From the human T2T-CHM13v2.0 reference genome, Homo sapiens, in NCBI RefSeq assembly GCF_009914755.1, contig NC_060926.1: a DNA stretch of 64,000 bases; one strand, written 5' to 3'. A model generated the notes under the pieces. It saw only the letters and a program-made list of their open reading frames with translations, did no database searches and was not told the origin of the DNA. Positions 13,031 through 25,532 of this stretch are shown in pieces; positions within the stretch are counted from its first letter, which is position 1; the number at the start of each line of letters is the position of its first letter. The position numbers and the translations under genes are program-made.

Positions 13031-14390
13031 TAAAAACCAAAGTCAATAGAATTGAGTGCTTTTATTCAACATTTGAAAAAGTTATAGAACACATAATATG
13101 ATTTTGCTATATCCATAATTTATATCATAAAATCCATAATCAATCAGTGGGTAATAAAATATCTATATTTAAAATATCTATATTATATACAAACAAGTTA
13201 TGAGAAATAATGTTTAGGTTCAGTTATTAAGTAGAACTTAATATTTTTTCTTTTTAAAAAATCTGTGAAAGTTAATTTTTGAAAGGCATTTGATGCTGTA
13301 TCAAATCTTTTTTTAATATTGCCTTATTTTTGCTAACTTTCCTTGGTTATTAACTTCTTTCTCACCTTTTTGCAATCATTCTCTATTTACCTTCTCTATT
13401 TCCATGGATGTTCACCTGATTTTATTTTCTCATTCATAATGTGGAATTTTGATCACTAGATGTACTTCTTTAAGCTCAGATCTTCTGGATAGCTTTCTAT
13501 TAACACGATGTTCTTCAAATACCCAAGGTCGAGGATCACCAGCACTTTAAGGTTTTTTTCCGGAAATTATGAAAGTATTCCTGCATATAACTAGATCTTT
13601 GGATTATTATTTATATAATAATATGAATAATAGCTAATTCTCCCATGAAATTAACTGTTTTAAAATAAATTTCATATACTATACATATTGATATACATAA
13701 ATCTCATAGTCCTAAAAGATGTACATTAATAACAATCTCATTAAACAACATAAATAAATGTCATCTGAAAAGTTCATTAATTATGTTTTTAAAGTGAAGG
13801 GAAATTCCTGAGTTAGAAAATATAAATTAAATAAAACACAAATAATTCCTACATACATACACACGCACACACCTATATGGAGGAGTGAGAGAGAGAGAAA
13901 AAGAAAGGTTGTGTGTATTTATATATATACGAGTATTATGATTACATGTTTTGTGTCTTTATAGATATAAATATGGTTAAGTGTTTTTGTCTACTTTGTT
14001 AAGGTACAATAATTTACATATTTCTTATTTGTATTTAGAAAAAAAATAAATATCTCTATTCTTCTACCTTTCCAACCGGCCAGAAATGCAATCTAAAGTA
14101 TGTTGCACACTCATTTCTTTCTCTGTGGAATATACAAGAATCACAGAATTCCAAAAAAAAAAAAAAATCACTCATATATCCACAACCAGCAAAAAACAAA
14201 CCACACCTTTGGTCCACAGTAACTTTCATTTCTATTATTGTTCCTTCAGCTACATGTCTTTGTCAAGGAGTCTTGGCTGCTTCTCTCAAGTTAATTTTGC
14301 CCAGTGATTGCCCATTCAATCTAAAAACATTTTCCCCAGTCATTCATGTAGGCACTTTGTCTCTGGAACTTAGTTATAAATAAAACAGTG

Positions 14391-17300
14391 CCGTTTACTA
14401 AATAGGGTGTCCTTTCCCCAATTTATGTTTTTGTATGCTTAAAGATCAGTTGGTTGTAAGTATTTGGCTTTATATCACAGTTCTCTGTTCTGTTCCCTTG
14501 GTCTGTGTATCTACTTTTATACCAGTGCCTTGCTGTTTTGGTAATTATAGTCTTTCAGTATGATTTGAAGTCAAGAAATGTGATGCTTCCAGATTTGTTA
14601 TTTTTGTTTAGGATTTCTTCAGTTATTTGGGCTCCTTTCTTGTTCCACATTAATTACAGGATTTTTATTGAATTATGTGAAAAATGATGTTGATGTTTTG
14701 ATAAGAATGGCATTGAATCTGTAGATTGTTCTGGGCAGTATTGTCATTGTCATGATATTGATTATTCCAATCCAGTAGTATGGAATGTGTTTCTACTTGG
14801 GTCATCTATGATTTCTTTCAGCACCGTTTTGTAGTTCTCCTTGTAGAGATTTTTACTTCTTTGGTTAAGAATATTTCTAGGTGTTTTTTAGAGCTATTAT
14901 AAAAGAGATTAAGTTATTGATTTGATTCTCATCTTGGTTAGTATTGGCATATTGCAGTGATACTGATTTGTGTACATTCTTTTTTTAACCTGAGACTTTA
15001 CTTAATTTGTATATCAAATCTAAGAACATTTTGGAGTAGTCTTGAGGGTTTTCTAGGTATACAATCATATCATCAGTGAATAGTGATAGTTTGACTTCCT
15101 CTTTTCCAATTTGGATGTCCTTTATTTATTTCTCTTGCCTGACTGCTCTGGCTAGGACTTCCAGTACTATGTTGAATGGAAGTGGTAAAAGTGAACATCC
15201 TTGTCTTCTTCCAGTTCTGAGGGTGAATGCTTTCAACGTTTTCCCGTTCAGTATGATGTTGGTTGTGTGTTTGTCAGGTAATGCTTTTATTATTTTGAGG
15301 TAGAATCTATCTATGCATAGTTTTTTGAGGGCTTTTTTCATAAAGCATTGCGAAATTGTATCAAATGCTTTCTGTGAATCTATTGAGATAATTATATGGT
15401 TTTGTTTTTTAATTCTGTTTATGTGATGTATCACATTTGTTGACTTGCATATGTTAATCTATCCCTGCATCCCTGAAATAAAACTCAATTGATTATGGTG
15501 TATTATCTTTTTGATGTGCTGTTGGATTTGGTTAGCTAACGTTTTGATGAGGATTTTTGCATCTGTGTTCATCGGGGATATTGGTCAATAGAGTTTTTTT
15601 GTTGTTGTTATGTTATTTCCTGGTTTTGGTATCAGGGTGATACTGGCTTCATAGAATGACTTAGGGAGGATTACCTATTTCTCAATCTTTTGGAATAGTA
15701 GGATTAGTACAAATTCTTTGACTGTCTTACAGAATTCAATTGTGAATCCATCTGGCCCTGGGCTTTTTTTTGTTGGCAATTTTCTTATTACTGATTCACT
15801 CACTGCTTGTTATTGATCAGTTCAGGGTTTCTATTTCTTTCTGATTTAATCTAGGAGGGTTGTATGTTTGCAGGGAGTTATCCATTTCATCTAGATTTTC
15901 TAGCTTGTTTTCATAGAGGTGTTCATAGTAGTCTCGAATGATTTTTTGTATTTCTGTGGTGTCATTTGTAACATCTCCATTTTTGTTTATAATTGAGATT
16001 TTTTAAATCTTTCTTCTTAGTTAAGCTAATGGTTTATCAATTTATCTTTTCAAAGAACCAACTTTTTATTTCATTGATCTTTTGTATTGTCTTTTTTTGT
16101 TTCAATTTCATTTAGTTCTACTCTGATCTTTATTGTTTCTTTTCTTCTGCTAGCTTTGGGTTTGATTTGTTTTTGTTTCTCTAGTTCTTTGAGGTGTGAC
16201 CTTAGATTGTAAATTTGTAATCTTTCAGACTTTTTGATGTAGGCAATTAGTGCTAAAAACTTTGCTCTTAGCAATGCTTTTGCTGTATCTCAGAAGTTTG
16301 ATGCCTTCTGTCACTATCGTGATTCATTTAAGAGAAATTTTTAATTTCCGTCTTGATTTTATTATTAATCCAAAAATCGTTCAGGAGCAGATTGTTTAAT
16401 TTCCACGTGTTACTGTAGTTTTGAGCATTCCTTTCAAAGCTGATTTCTAGTTTTACTTTACTGTGGTCTAAGAAGATACTTGATATGATTTTGATTTTTG
16501 AAAATTAAAATAAATTAGAATTTATTTAGACTTGTTTTGTGGCCTATCATATGGTCTACTTGGAGAATGTTCCATGTGCTGATGAGAAGAATATATATTC
16601 TGCAGTTCTGGGGTAGAATGTTTTGTAAATATCTGCTAGGTCCATTTTTTCTAGAGTGTAGTTTACATCTATTGTTTCTTTGTTGACTTTTTGTCTCAAT
16701 GATCTGTCTAGTGCTGTCAGTGGAATGTTAAAATACCCACTATTATCATTGTGTTGCTGTCTATCTCATTTCTTAGGTCTAGTGGTAATTATTTTATGAA
16801 TCTGAGAGTGCCACAGCTAGGTACATAAGTATTTAAAATTATAATATCTTCTTGCTGGATTATTTTTTCATTATATATTGACCTTTTTTGTGTGTTTTTT
16901 TTGTTACCACTGTTTCTTTTAAGTGTGATTTATCTGATATAAGAATAAGTACTCCTGCTTACTTTGTGTGGAATATATTTTTCTACCCCCATAATTTGAG
17001 CTTATATGAATCCTTATATATTAGGTAAGTCTCTTGAAGACAGCCGATAATTAGATAATTGGTTTTTGATTTTTTTATCCATTCTGCCAATCTATATCCT
17101 TTAATTGGTACATGTAGGCCATTTACATTTAACATTGAGTCATGAGGTAGTGTTCCATTCTTCATGTTGATTATTACCCACTTTGTAGTCTTTGTTGTAT
17201 TATTGTTTTATAGGCCCTGTGAGTTTTATGCTTTCAAGATATTGTATTCTGGTGCATATCAACCTTTTGTTTCAAGAGTTGAAATATTCAACATTTCTTG

Positions 17301-20300
17301 TAGGGCTGGTCTGTTAGTAACAAATTCTCTCAGCATTTGTTTACCTAAAAATTCCTTTATTTCTCCTTCATTTATGAAACTTAGTTTTACTGGATACAAA
17401 GTTCTTGTTGACACTTTTTCTGTTGAAGGAGGCTAAAAATAGGAGCCCAGTCCCTTCTGGCTTATAAGGTTTCTGCTGAGAAGTCTGCTGTTAGTCTCAT
17501 GAGTTTTCCTTTATAGGTTACCTGATGCTTTTTTCTCACTGTTCTTTGAATACTTTTCTTCATGTTGACTTCAAATAGCCTGAAGGTTATATGCCTTGGT
17601 GATATACTTTTTGCAATGAATCCCAGAAGTTCTTTGAGCTTTCTGTATTTGGATATCTCTAGCAAGGCCAGGGAAGTTTTTCTCAATTATTCCTTCGGAT
17701 AATTTTTCCAAACATTTTATCTTCACTTCTCCCTCAGAAATGCCAATTATTATTAGTTTTGGCCATTTTATGTAATTCCATATTTCTTGGAGATTTTGTT
17801 TATTTGTTTTGATTCTTTTTTCTTTATTTTTGTTTGATTGGGTTAATTCAAAAGCCATGTCTTTGAGCTTTGAAATCCTTTTTTCTACTTGGTCTAGTCT
17901 GTTGTCAAAACTTCCCACTGCATTTTGTAATTCCCTAAATGTGTTATTCATTTCCAGAAGTTCTGATTGTTTTTCATTTTTTCAAAAAAAATTCATTTTA
18001 GAAAAGTTTTCATTCATATCTTGAATTGCTATTTTAAATGTCATTATGTTGTTTTCACCTTTCTCTTGTATCTCCTGAAGTAGCTTAATAATCAACCTTT
18101 TGCATTTTTAATCTGGTACTTCAAAGTTTTCATCTTGTTTTGGATTCATTGCTAGAAAGCTAGTGTGATCTTTTGTGAATGTCCTAGAACCATGTTTTGT
18201 CATATTGCCAGAATTGTTGTTCTGATTCCTTCTCATTTGGGTAGAGTATTCTTATCATTGTTCTTGACTTTATTTTCAATTTGATTGTATTTGTTTTAAT
18301 TTATTTTCTCCCTTAAAGATGTGACTTTAATGTTTATAGTTTATTGTAGCCTAGCTTGGCTCTTGGTGCTTTCAGGAGTGAAGACTGTATAAGTTTCTTG
18401 GTCATAGAGAGTCATTGTATGATAGCTTTCTCAGAGGTTGGTTGCAGTAGCAATGTGCTCAGTGTATGAGTAAGTTCAGTATCTCCTGTGAGGATGGAAT
18501 GGCAGAGGTCTCTTGAAACTTATCTCATTCCCCTATGGTGTGCCCTTTTAAATTTATTTATATTTCCCCAGTATTTACTGGGTTGAATAGTTAAGGCTTT
18601 GGGCCAGTAGGTGAGGTGTTCTTGCATAGAAATCAACTGTGGCTAAGGCAGGTGGGTAAATGAAATACCCAATGGTGGGCAGAGGTCCCAGCCTTGACAG
18701 AGGTGGTTGGGAGAGCTGTCAGTGAAACATACTGAGGTCTTATCAGGAGGAGGAGTGGGAGCCCCCTCAGCTCCCCTGCCAGTTCAGCAGGAAAGTTATT
18801 CACTTCCCAGTCATACTCCCTACCCAGTGTTCTGACTATTCAGATGAGACAGGCACCTCTTTCTACCTGCAGGAATGTTAATGTTTCAAGTAGAGAGGAA
18901 TTGTGACTCTACCTCTCATGCAAGCCTTAACCTGGACGCCACTCCACCTGTGGGGATGCAGTCACCCTGAAATGTTCCAGAAAGGCTGTCTATGGATGCA
19001 CCCAGGCTGAGCTCCCATGGAGGAAGCCCCAGCTGTGCTAGCTGTGTCTGCAGGGGTGTACAGGCTGGGGGAAAGACCCTTTTACCAAGACCTTTCATGA
19101 GTAGCAGGGCTACCTGACTATTGGGGTAGAGCTGCACACTTTCCCCACTGAGCCCAGCACTGCATCCGCGCCTCTGCTAAAATAAATTTCCCAACAGAGG
19201 AAAGTTCTAGAACTCAAGGCCTGCTGTCTGAATTCTTTTGTCCCACGGGGTGTTCCCTTGATGAGATGTACTCCCCCTTTCCCTAGGAGTAGGAGTCCCT
19301 GAGAGCAAGACTACTATAAATGCTGCTGCTCCTCTGAGTTTCACCACCGAGTGGGGATGCCACACTTCAGGCTAGTGCTGTGGAATGCCTGCAAGGGATG
19401 CAGTGATGTGATCTGTCATCAAATCTCCCAGTAATGAGTACTAGCACCAGCTCTGATGAGGGTGGAAGGGGAGTGGTGTAGACTCTGTGAGATTCCTTGG
19501 TTATAAATAACCTTAGTGTGTTAGCTTAGAGCGTTGGCTTTCTCAAATGACAGTTGCAGTAGTAATGAACTGGTCATGGGGACAGGGTTAAGACCTCCTG
19601 GTTAGACAGAGTGCTGCAGGCAATGGTGAAAGCTGAGGTCATGCACAAATTTTCTCCTTCCTTGGAGCTATGCTGTTCTACCTGGAGATGCTATAATGGA
19701 CTGTGTCAGTTGGCCTGCAGCCAATAGGTGGTGCCTACAAAAGAATAGCAGTTGTGGTAGTAGCAGTGGAATTTGTGCTTGTCTTAGGTTATCCTGGGAT
19801 AGTATTCTGGATTCTCAGGCAATGGGCAAAGCCAGAGAGTTCCCAAAAGTTTCTATATTTTTTTTGTGTTAAACTACTAGGGTGGGTGGAGGGGAAAAGC
19901 CAGGTGGAAGTAGGGGCAGGCAGGTCTGTGCTCTGGTTCTCCATGTGCGGGACAAGCAGTGGCCCCAGTGGGGATTGGGAAGCGATTGTCTGGCCACTGG
20001 GATCATCTTCCAGAGATGAGTGCAGCGGCCTCTGTTGCACCTTATTCACACAGGAAGTAGAGAGTAGCAGATGGCAGTAAGCCCCACCCATCTGCCATGC
20101 ACCTGACAAGGCAGGTCTCACATGGCAGTGTTCCACATGCAGCAGCTAGCTAAGTTCTAGGAAGTCCGCACCTAGAACACAAAACTGCCCCAGATCAGAA
20201 GCCTTCCCAGTGAAGACAGCTACTGTGGCTTTCAGGCCATGCCCCTCCCAGTCCTCCTGCAAAGCCAGGGTACCTAGCTCCTGCCTTCATTGCTATAGCA

Positions 20301-20857
20301 CACTTCCCATCTGCCCCCAAGTCCTGGCCAAGAGATTCTGGCCCCATTGGAGACTATAACATGAATTTCAGCTGGGAACTCCTCTCAACCTAGTATCACT
20401 GCCTTAATTAGCTGGCTTACTTCTGCAAGGTCCTCTGTGAGGTAGAATCATAAATGGCTTCTCTCCACCCCTGTTGGAGACAGGGAATACATGCAAGGCT
20501 CTTCCTGCTGCTGCTTCTACCTTTATTTTCCCTAGCACTCCCTAAATCCTTTCCATTACTGGGTGGGGTTAAGGCCTTCCTTTGTGGCTTGAATTGCCAG
20601 GTTCCCCACTGGGAGTGTTTATCCTGGAGGCAGTTTATCCCCTCTCACACTCTGAAAACTTACAGTTTTCTGCCTGGCTTAACAGTGTAGGCTGCAACCT
20701 GCTGCGTCTTTCAAAGGGTCTGTGATTTCTTTCAGTTTTCCTGTTAAGTTCCTGTGTTGCTTCCTCGAAAAAAGTTCACAGTATGAATCTCTACATGCTA
20801 TTTTGTCTTTCCAGGTGAGAGAGGCATGCTAACAATGCCTCCAATCTGCCATCTTGG
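14391..20857 (-). mobile_element. L1PB-type LINE-1 with ~2.6-kb 5' UTR, ORF1 and most of ORF2; 3' end absent
   Basis: 5' end gccatcttgg at ~20848-20857. ORF1 start MRRNQNNNSGNMTK with ATG at 18236. ORF1 peptides at 17462-17951 and ORF2 EN/RT peptides at 15126-17165. Homology stops at ~14391 (ORF2 LFNKW region). Confidence 0.85.
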
Positions 20858-20868
20858 AAAAAAAAAAA

Positions 20869-21200
20869 ATGGTGTATTTTCTTTATCCAGTCCACCGTTA
20901 ATGGGCATCTAGATTGATTCCAAGTCTTTGCTATTGTGAATAGTGCTTCAATAAACATACGAGTGCAAGTGTCTTTTTGGTAGTTCTAAGTTGTTTGAGA
21001 AAGCTCCAAACTGCTTTCCACAGTGGCTGAACTAATTTACATTCCCACCAACAGTGTATAAGCATTCCCTTTTCACCACAGCCTTGCCCACATCTGTTTT
21101 TTTTTTTTTTTTTTGACTTTTTAATAATGGCTATTCTGACTGGTGTGAGATAATATCTCATTGTAGTTTTGATGTATTTCTTTCCATTTTGATTTGCAAT
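20869..21200 (-). mobile_element. L1PA16/L1PB-type ORF2 C-terminal fragment
   Basis: ORF 20931-21161 encodes [17 protein letters not shown]...[14 protein letters not shown], the ORF2 cysteine-rich C-terminus. Confidence 0.85.
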
Positions 21201-21595
21201 CTCATGTTAGACAAGAGGTCTTCTTGTTTGTTTAATTTCTCTCTCTCTGCATTCATTCCTCATTTTCTAACAAAATTTGTTTGGGCTCCACCAGTGTCCT
21301 GGCCACCATTCCAGAATAAATCTTATAGTGATATTTTGGATTTCTATTTCATTGTTGGGTCACTGATATTGCAATATTTAACCCATAGCTGGAGAAAAGT
21401 ATGTTTTAGTGACTGGTCACCAGCTGTGTTTTGTTGTCCCATTTCTCTATATCTCAAAATTGTCTTTAAGTGTTTGCCCCAAACGATGGTAAGCTGTAGC
21501 TTTTGTATACCCCTTCAGGAACAGGGAATGCCGCTCCAGTTCCTATCCTACAGAAAGGAGTCTGCTCTCACTCAGAAGAATAAGGAATACTTCAG

Positions 21596-21772
21596 GGATG
21601 ATTCTCATTCTTGCATTAAGGTAGAAGTGTCTGGAGAACTTTTTTAAAAATTGATGCTCAGACTCCATACTCATTCTCCAGTCTTGTTTTTATAATTGCT
21701 CTAGAATGGGGACTAGTAAGGGTAACTGAAAGTCACTGATGATTCTGGTACAGTCAGGATTGAAAAACAGTG
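21596..21772. mobile_element. MER5-type (hAT-Charlie) MITE, diverged
   Basis: tagaagtgtctggagaacttttttaaaaattgatgctcagactcca ... tgattctggtacagtcaggattgaaaaacagtg matches the MER5 layout. Confidence 0.55.
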
Positions 21773-22546
21773 ACCAATTTGAGGCCTGAAGCACAGTGGA
21801 TCTTGACTTTAGGCCCAACCAGCGTTTGTATTTTACTTTGTTCCTGTTCCGCAGAGCTGTTTACAGTAATAAACTATTGTTCAGTAAGCTGTCCTTTAGT
21901 CAGTGCTGAAGACATGGTTGGTGTTCATTAAATATTTGATTGTCAGCATCTTGAGGAATTTGGCTCATTCCCATATTCCCTTGCAAAAATGTTACTAAGG
22001 TTCTTGTTAATGTGGCATTGTTTATTTACTGTCTAATGTGTACTAAACTCTATATTAAGAACAACAGACAGAATTGAAAAGCCTTTAAAATTAGAACGGG
22101 AAAAAGATAGACAAACAGGTAACACAATAAAGTTGAATAAATATTTAAACCCTGGAAACTGTAACAAGACGATCGCAAGTGCTTTGTTAATCATGACTTG
22201 ACAAAAACTAAAGAAAAAGGAGGTAAGCATGGGAAAATTGACAGTCAGGTCCAAGGAAATAAAAACAATGTATTTAAAAATGGAAGCTTGAGAAAGCACA
22301 AGAGGAATACATATAGTTTAGTTCAATTTGCTGGGAGCTTTGAATGCAGGCATAGGAAAGAACAAGGGAGAGTCTTACGCCCCAGTAAAGGGCTCAGACC
22401 TACAAGTACAAAGCATTTAAAGATTTTTAAGGAAAAGCAGACATAGAGAATATTTGAATCACTGGTTTCCATCACTCTTTTAATAATAAAGATAAATATT
22501 TCTAATAAAATCGTGTGGGAAATTATAATACCTAAAACAAGTCAAA

Positions 22547-22846
22547 GCCAGGTGCGGTGGCTCATGCTTGTAATCCTAGCAATTTGGGAAGCTGAGGCAG
22601 GCGGAGTGCCTGAGCTCAGGAGTTCAAGACCAGCCTGGGCAACACGGTGAAACCCTGTCTCTACTAAAATACAAAAAATTATCTGGGTGTGATGGCATAC
22701 GCCTGTAGTCCCAGCTACTGGGGAGGCTGAGGAAGGAGAATTGCTTGAACCTGGGAGGTCGAGGTTGTAGTGAGCCGAGATCGTGCCACTGTACTGGGCA
22801 ACAGAGTGAGACTCCATCTCCCACATACCAAATAAAATAAATAAAA
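22547..22846 (+). mobile_element. Alu (AluS)
   Basis: Full dimer with an (AAAAT)n tail. 14-bp TSD TAAAACAAGTCAAA at 22533-22546 and 22847-22860. Confidence 0.95.
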
Positions 22847-22989
22847 TAAAACAAGTCAAATCCAATGTGACCTGCTTTAAACTGGAAAGGGTTGACACAA
22901 ATTCTCTCCAGGACAAAGCCTCTACAGAAGCTACACAAAAGAAGTCTCATGCTCACATGGAGGCCAATTTGAAAGCTTCTGCATTAACT

Positions 22990-23817
22990 AGTGGGCAAAG
23001 GATATGAACAGACACTTCTCAAAAGAAGACATTTATGCAGCCAACAGACATGAAAAAATGCTCATCATCACGGGCCATCAGAGAAATGCAAATCAAAACC
23101 ACAATGAGATACCATTTCACACCAGTTAGAATGGTGATCATTAAAAAGTCAGGAAACAACAGGTACTGGAGAGGATGTGGAGAAATAGGAACACTTTTAC
23201 ACTGTTGATGGGAGTGTAAACTAGTTCAATCATTGTGGAAGACAGTGTGGCAATTCCTCAAGGATCTAGAACTAGAAATACCATCTGACCCAGCCATCCT
23301 ATTACTGGGTATATACCCAAAGGATTATAAATCATGCTGCTATAAAGACACATGTACACGTATGTTTATTGCAGCACTATTCACAATAACAAAGACTTGG
23401 AACCAACCCAAATGTCCATCAATGATAGACTGGATTAAGGAAATGTCACACATATACACCATGGAATACTATGCAGCCATAAAAAAGGATGAGTTCAAGT
23501 CCTTTGTAGGGACATGGATGAAGCTGGAAACCATCATTCTCAGCAAACTATCGCAAGGACAGAAAACCAAACACCACATGCTCTCACTCATAGGTGGGAA
23601 TTGAACAATGAGAACACATGGACACAGGAAGGGGAACATCACACTCTGGGGCCTGTTGTGGGGTGGGAGGAGGGGGGAGGGATAGCATTAGGAGATATAC
23701 CTAATGTAAATGACGAGTTAATGGGTGCAGCACACCAACATGGCACATGCATACATATGTAACAAACCTGCACGTTGTGCACATGTACCCTAGAATTAAA
23801 GTATAATAAAAAAAAAA
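22990..23817 (+). mobile_element. 5'-truncated L1PA5-like LINE-1
   Basis: ORF2 C-terminus (23233-23604 ...HMLSLIGGN), G-rich 3' UTR with cctaatgtaaatgacg, and poly(A). 11-bp TSD GAAAGCTTCTG at 22971-22981 and 23818-23828. Confidence 0.93.
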
Positions 23818-24388
23818 GAAAGCTTCTGATATGGAGAAATCTGAAACTAATTATTTATCCAGCTTCCCATCAAAGTTAATTTTATTTTGTTTCCTATAAA
23901 TCCCTATATTATCATTCAGCAGTACCTTACATATTTCTACTGCCATGGGAGCCAAGGTTTGGGGTAGCTAATGCACAGTAAAGCAATTACCATAAAACAT
24001 TCTTTAATATTTAGCATAACATTGACCTTCCTAGTGAGTAAGTACATTACTTAAAATATCTTTTCTGACTTATGAGAATAATTAGTCCCAAGTTTATTTT
24101 TAAAATATTTTTATAGGTCACATATTAATTTGTTTCCAAAAATATCTCATTGTACTAGTTATCAGATTATTACAGTCCTTTTTCTCAAATGTTCTATATT
24201 GATGAACAGTTGCTCAAATATATATATATATGTAAAATATGTTGATAGGTACATATTTGTTCTTATAAATGATGCATATTTTAAAAATCCATTTCTGTGA
24301 ATAGATCTATCATTTAGTTATAAAGGTCACTTGAAATTAATTATGCATTTGTTTTAAATGTATATAAAGTTGTAACTTTCATTAATAC

Positions 24389-25043
24389 TGTAAATGGAAA
24401 AAAACAAACTATAAAATATTTTAAAGAAGTTTATTCTGAAACAATATGAGTGACCATGGCCTGAGGAAACACAGTCTCAAAAAGTCCTGAGGAAGTATCC
24501 CCTAGGTGGTTGGGTTACAGTTTGCTCTTATATGTTTCAAGAATACAGGAGTTGCAGGCAAAGACATATGCATAGATTTAACCTGAAAGGTGAGATACCT
24601 TGAAGTGGGAGCTTACAGGTTACAGATGGATTGAGAGATTCCTTAATTGGCAATTGTTTAAAATATTAAAGCTCTGTATAAAAATTTGGAGTCAACAGAA
24701 TGGAATCTTTACGATAAGGCAGCCTGTTAACCAATATACTGGGTCAGAGTGACCTGCAGGAGTGTGTGGCTTAACTCCTGTCTGGCACGACCTTAAGTCA
24801 TGTTTATATTTTGGTATCTTCTTGTCACAAAGAATCCATTTTGTTAGTCTTTTGATGTCTATTTTAACATTAACACTGGTCAGTTTTCGTAAACTCCGAA
24901 AGAGAGGAAATATTACAAGGTGTGTCCAATCTCCCTTCCCATCATGAGCAGGAATTCAGTTTGTAAGGTTTTTCTGGGATCCCCTTGGCCAAGAAGGGGT
25001 CTGTTCAGTCAGTGGCAACTTAAGATTTTATTTTTAGTTTTCA
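24389..25043 (-). mobile_element. MER4-group ERV1 solo LTR
   Basis: Reverse complement begins tgaaaactaaaaataaaatcttaag...gaccccttcttggccaagggg. TG..CA ends; 4-bp flanks ATAC/ATAT. Confidence 0.85.
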
Positions 25044-25487
25044 ATATAGTGGGAGGCATTTCTAAAGGCTGCATGAAAAGCTAATGAGAACTGACCTTCT
25101 GTATCAAAAGAAGAGGATAAACAGCATAAATAGACTTAAAAGAGAATATGTGCATTGCATATGCAGTTGGTGTAGGCTAAATAATACAAGCTCACAGGTA
25201 TTTGCTGAAAATGTGATTAATAACCATGAAATTTAAAATTATCAAAGGTTATTGGGTCCAGTTTGCAAGTGTTTTCTCTCAAATCAAGCAATTCAAAAGC
25301 TTTGTAGGAGGTAGGTAGGTATTCAGTCCTCTATAATGGATTTCAGATATTTGATTCTGGGTAATCTGAACAATCACCACCTAAACTTCACTGGTCATTA
25401 CCAAGGAATATTCTGGAATTTATTCTTTCTTATTAAAAGTAAAGAGAGAGTGGTGGGAGAGAAACAATACATATGGAGTAGGAAGGG

Positions 25488-25532
25488 GAGGCAGAAAGGA
25501 AAGAAGGAAGGAAGGAAGAGAGGAAGGAAGGA
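25488..25532. repeat. Imperfect (GGAA)n purine-rich microsatellite
   Basis: gaaaggaaagaaggaaggaaggaagagaggaaggaagga. Confidence 0.8.

Noticed and set aside
19703-20136. Overlapping 125-aa and 115-aa ORFs
   Set aside because: They lie within the GC-richer L1PB 5' UTR, where stop codons are rarer, and show no recognisable domain.
21189-21647. 152-aa ORF in mostly unique sequence
   Set aside because: Non-ATG start, overlap with L1 and MER5 edges, no recognisable domain, and composition typical of random AT-rich ORFs.
25488-25532. GGAA microsatellite as an EWS-FLI1 response element
   Set aside because: Only about three consecutive GGAA units, too short and interrupted.
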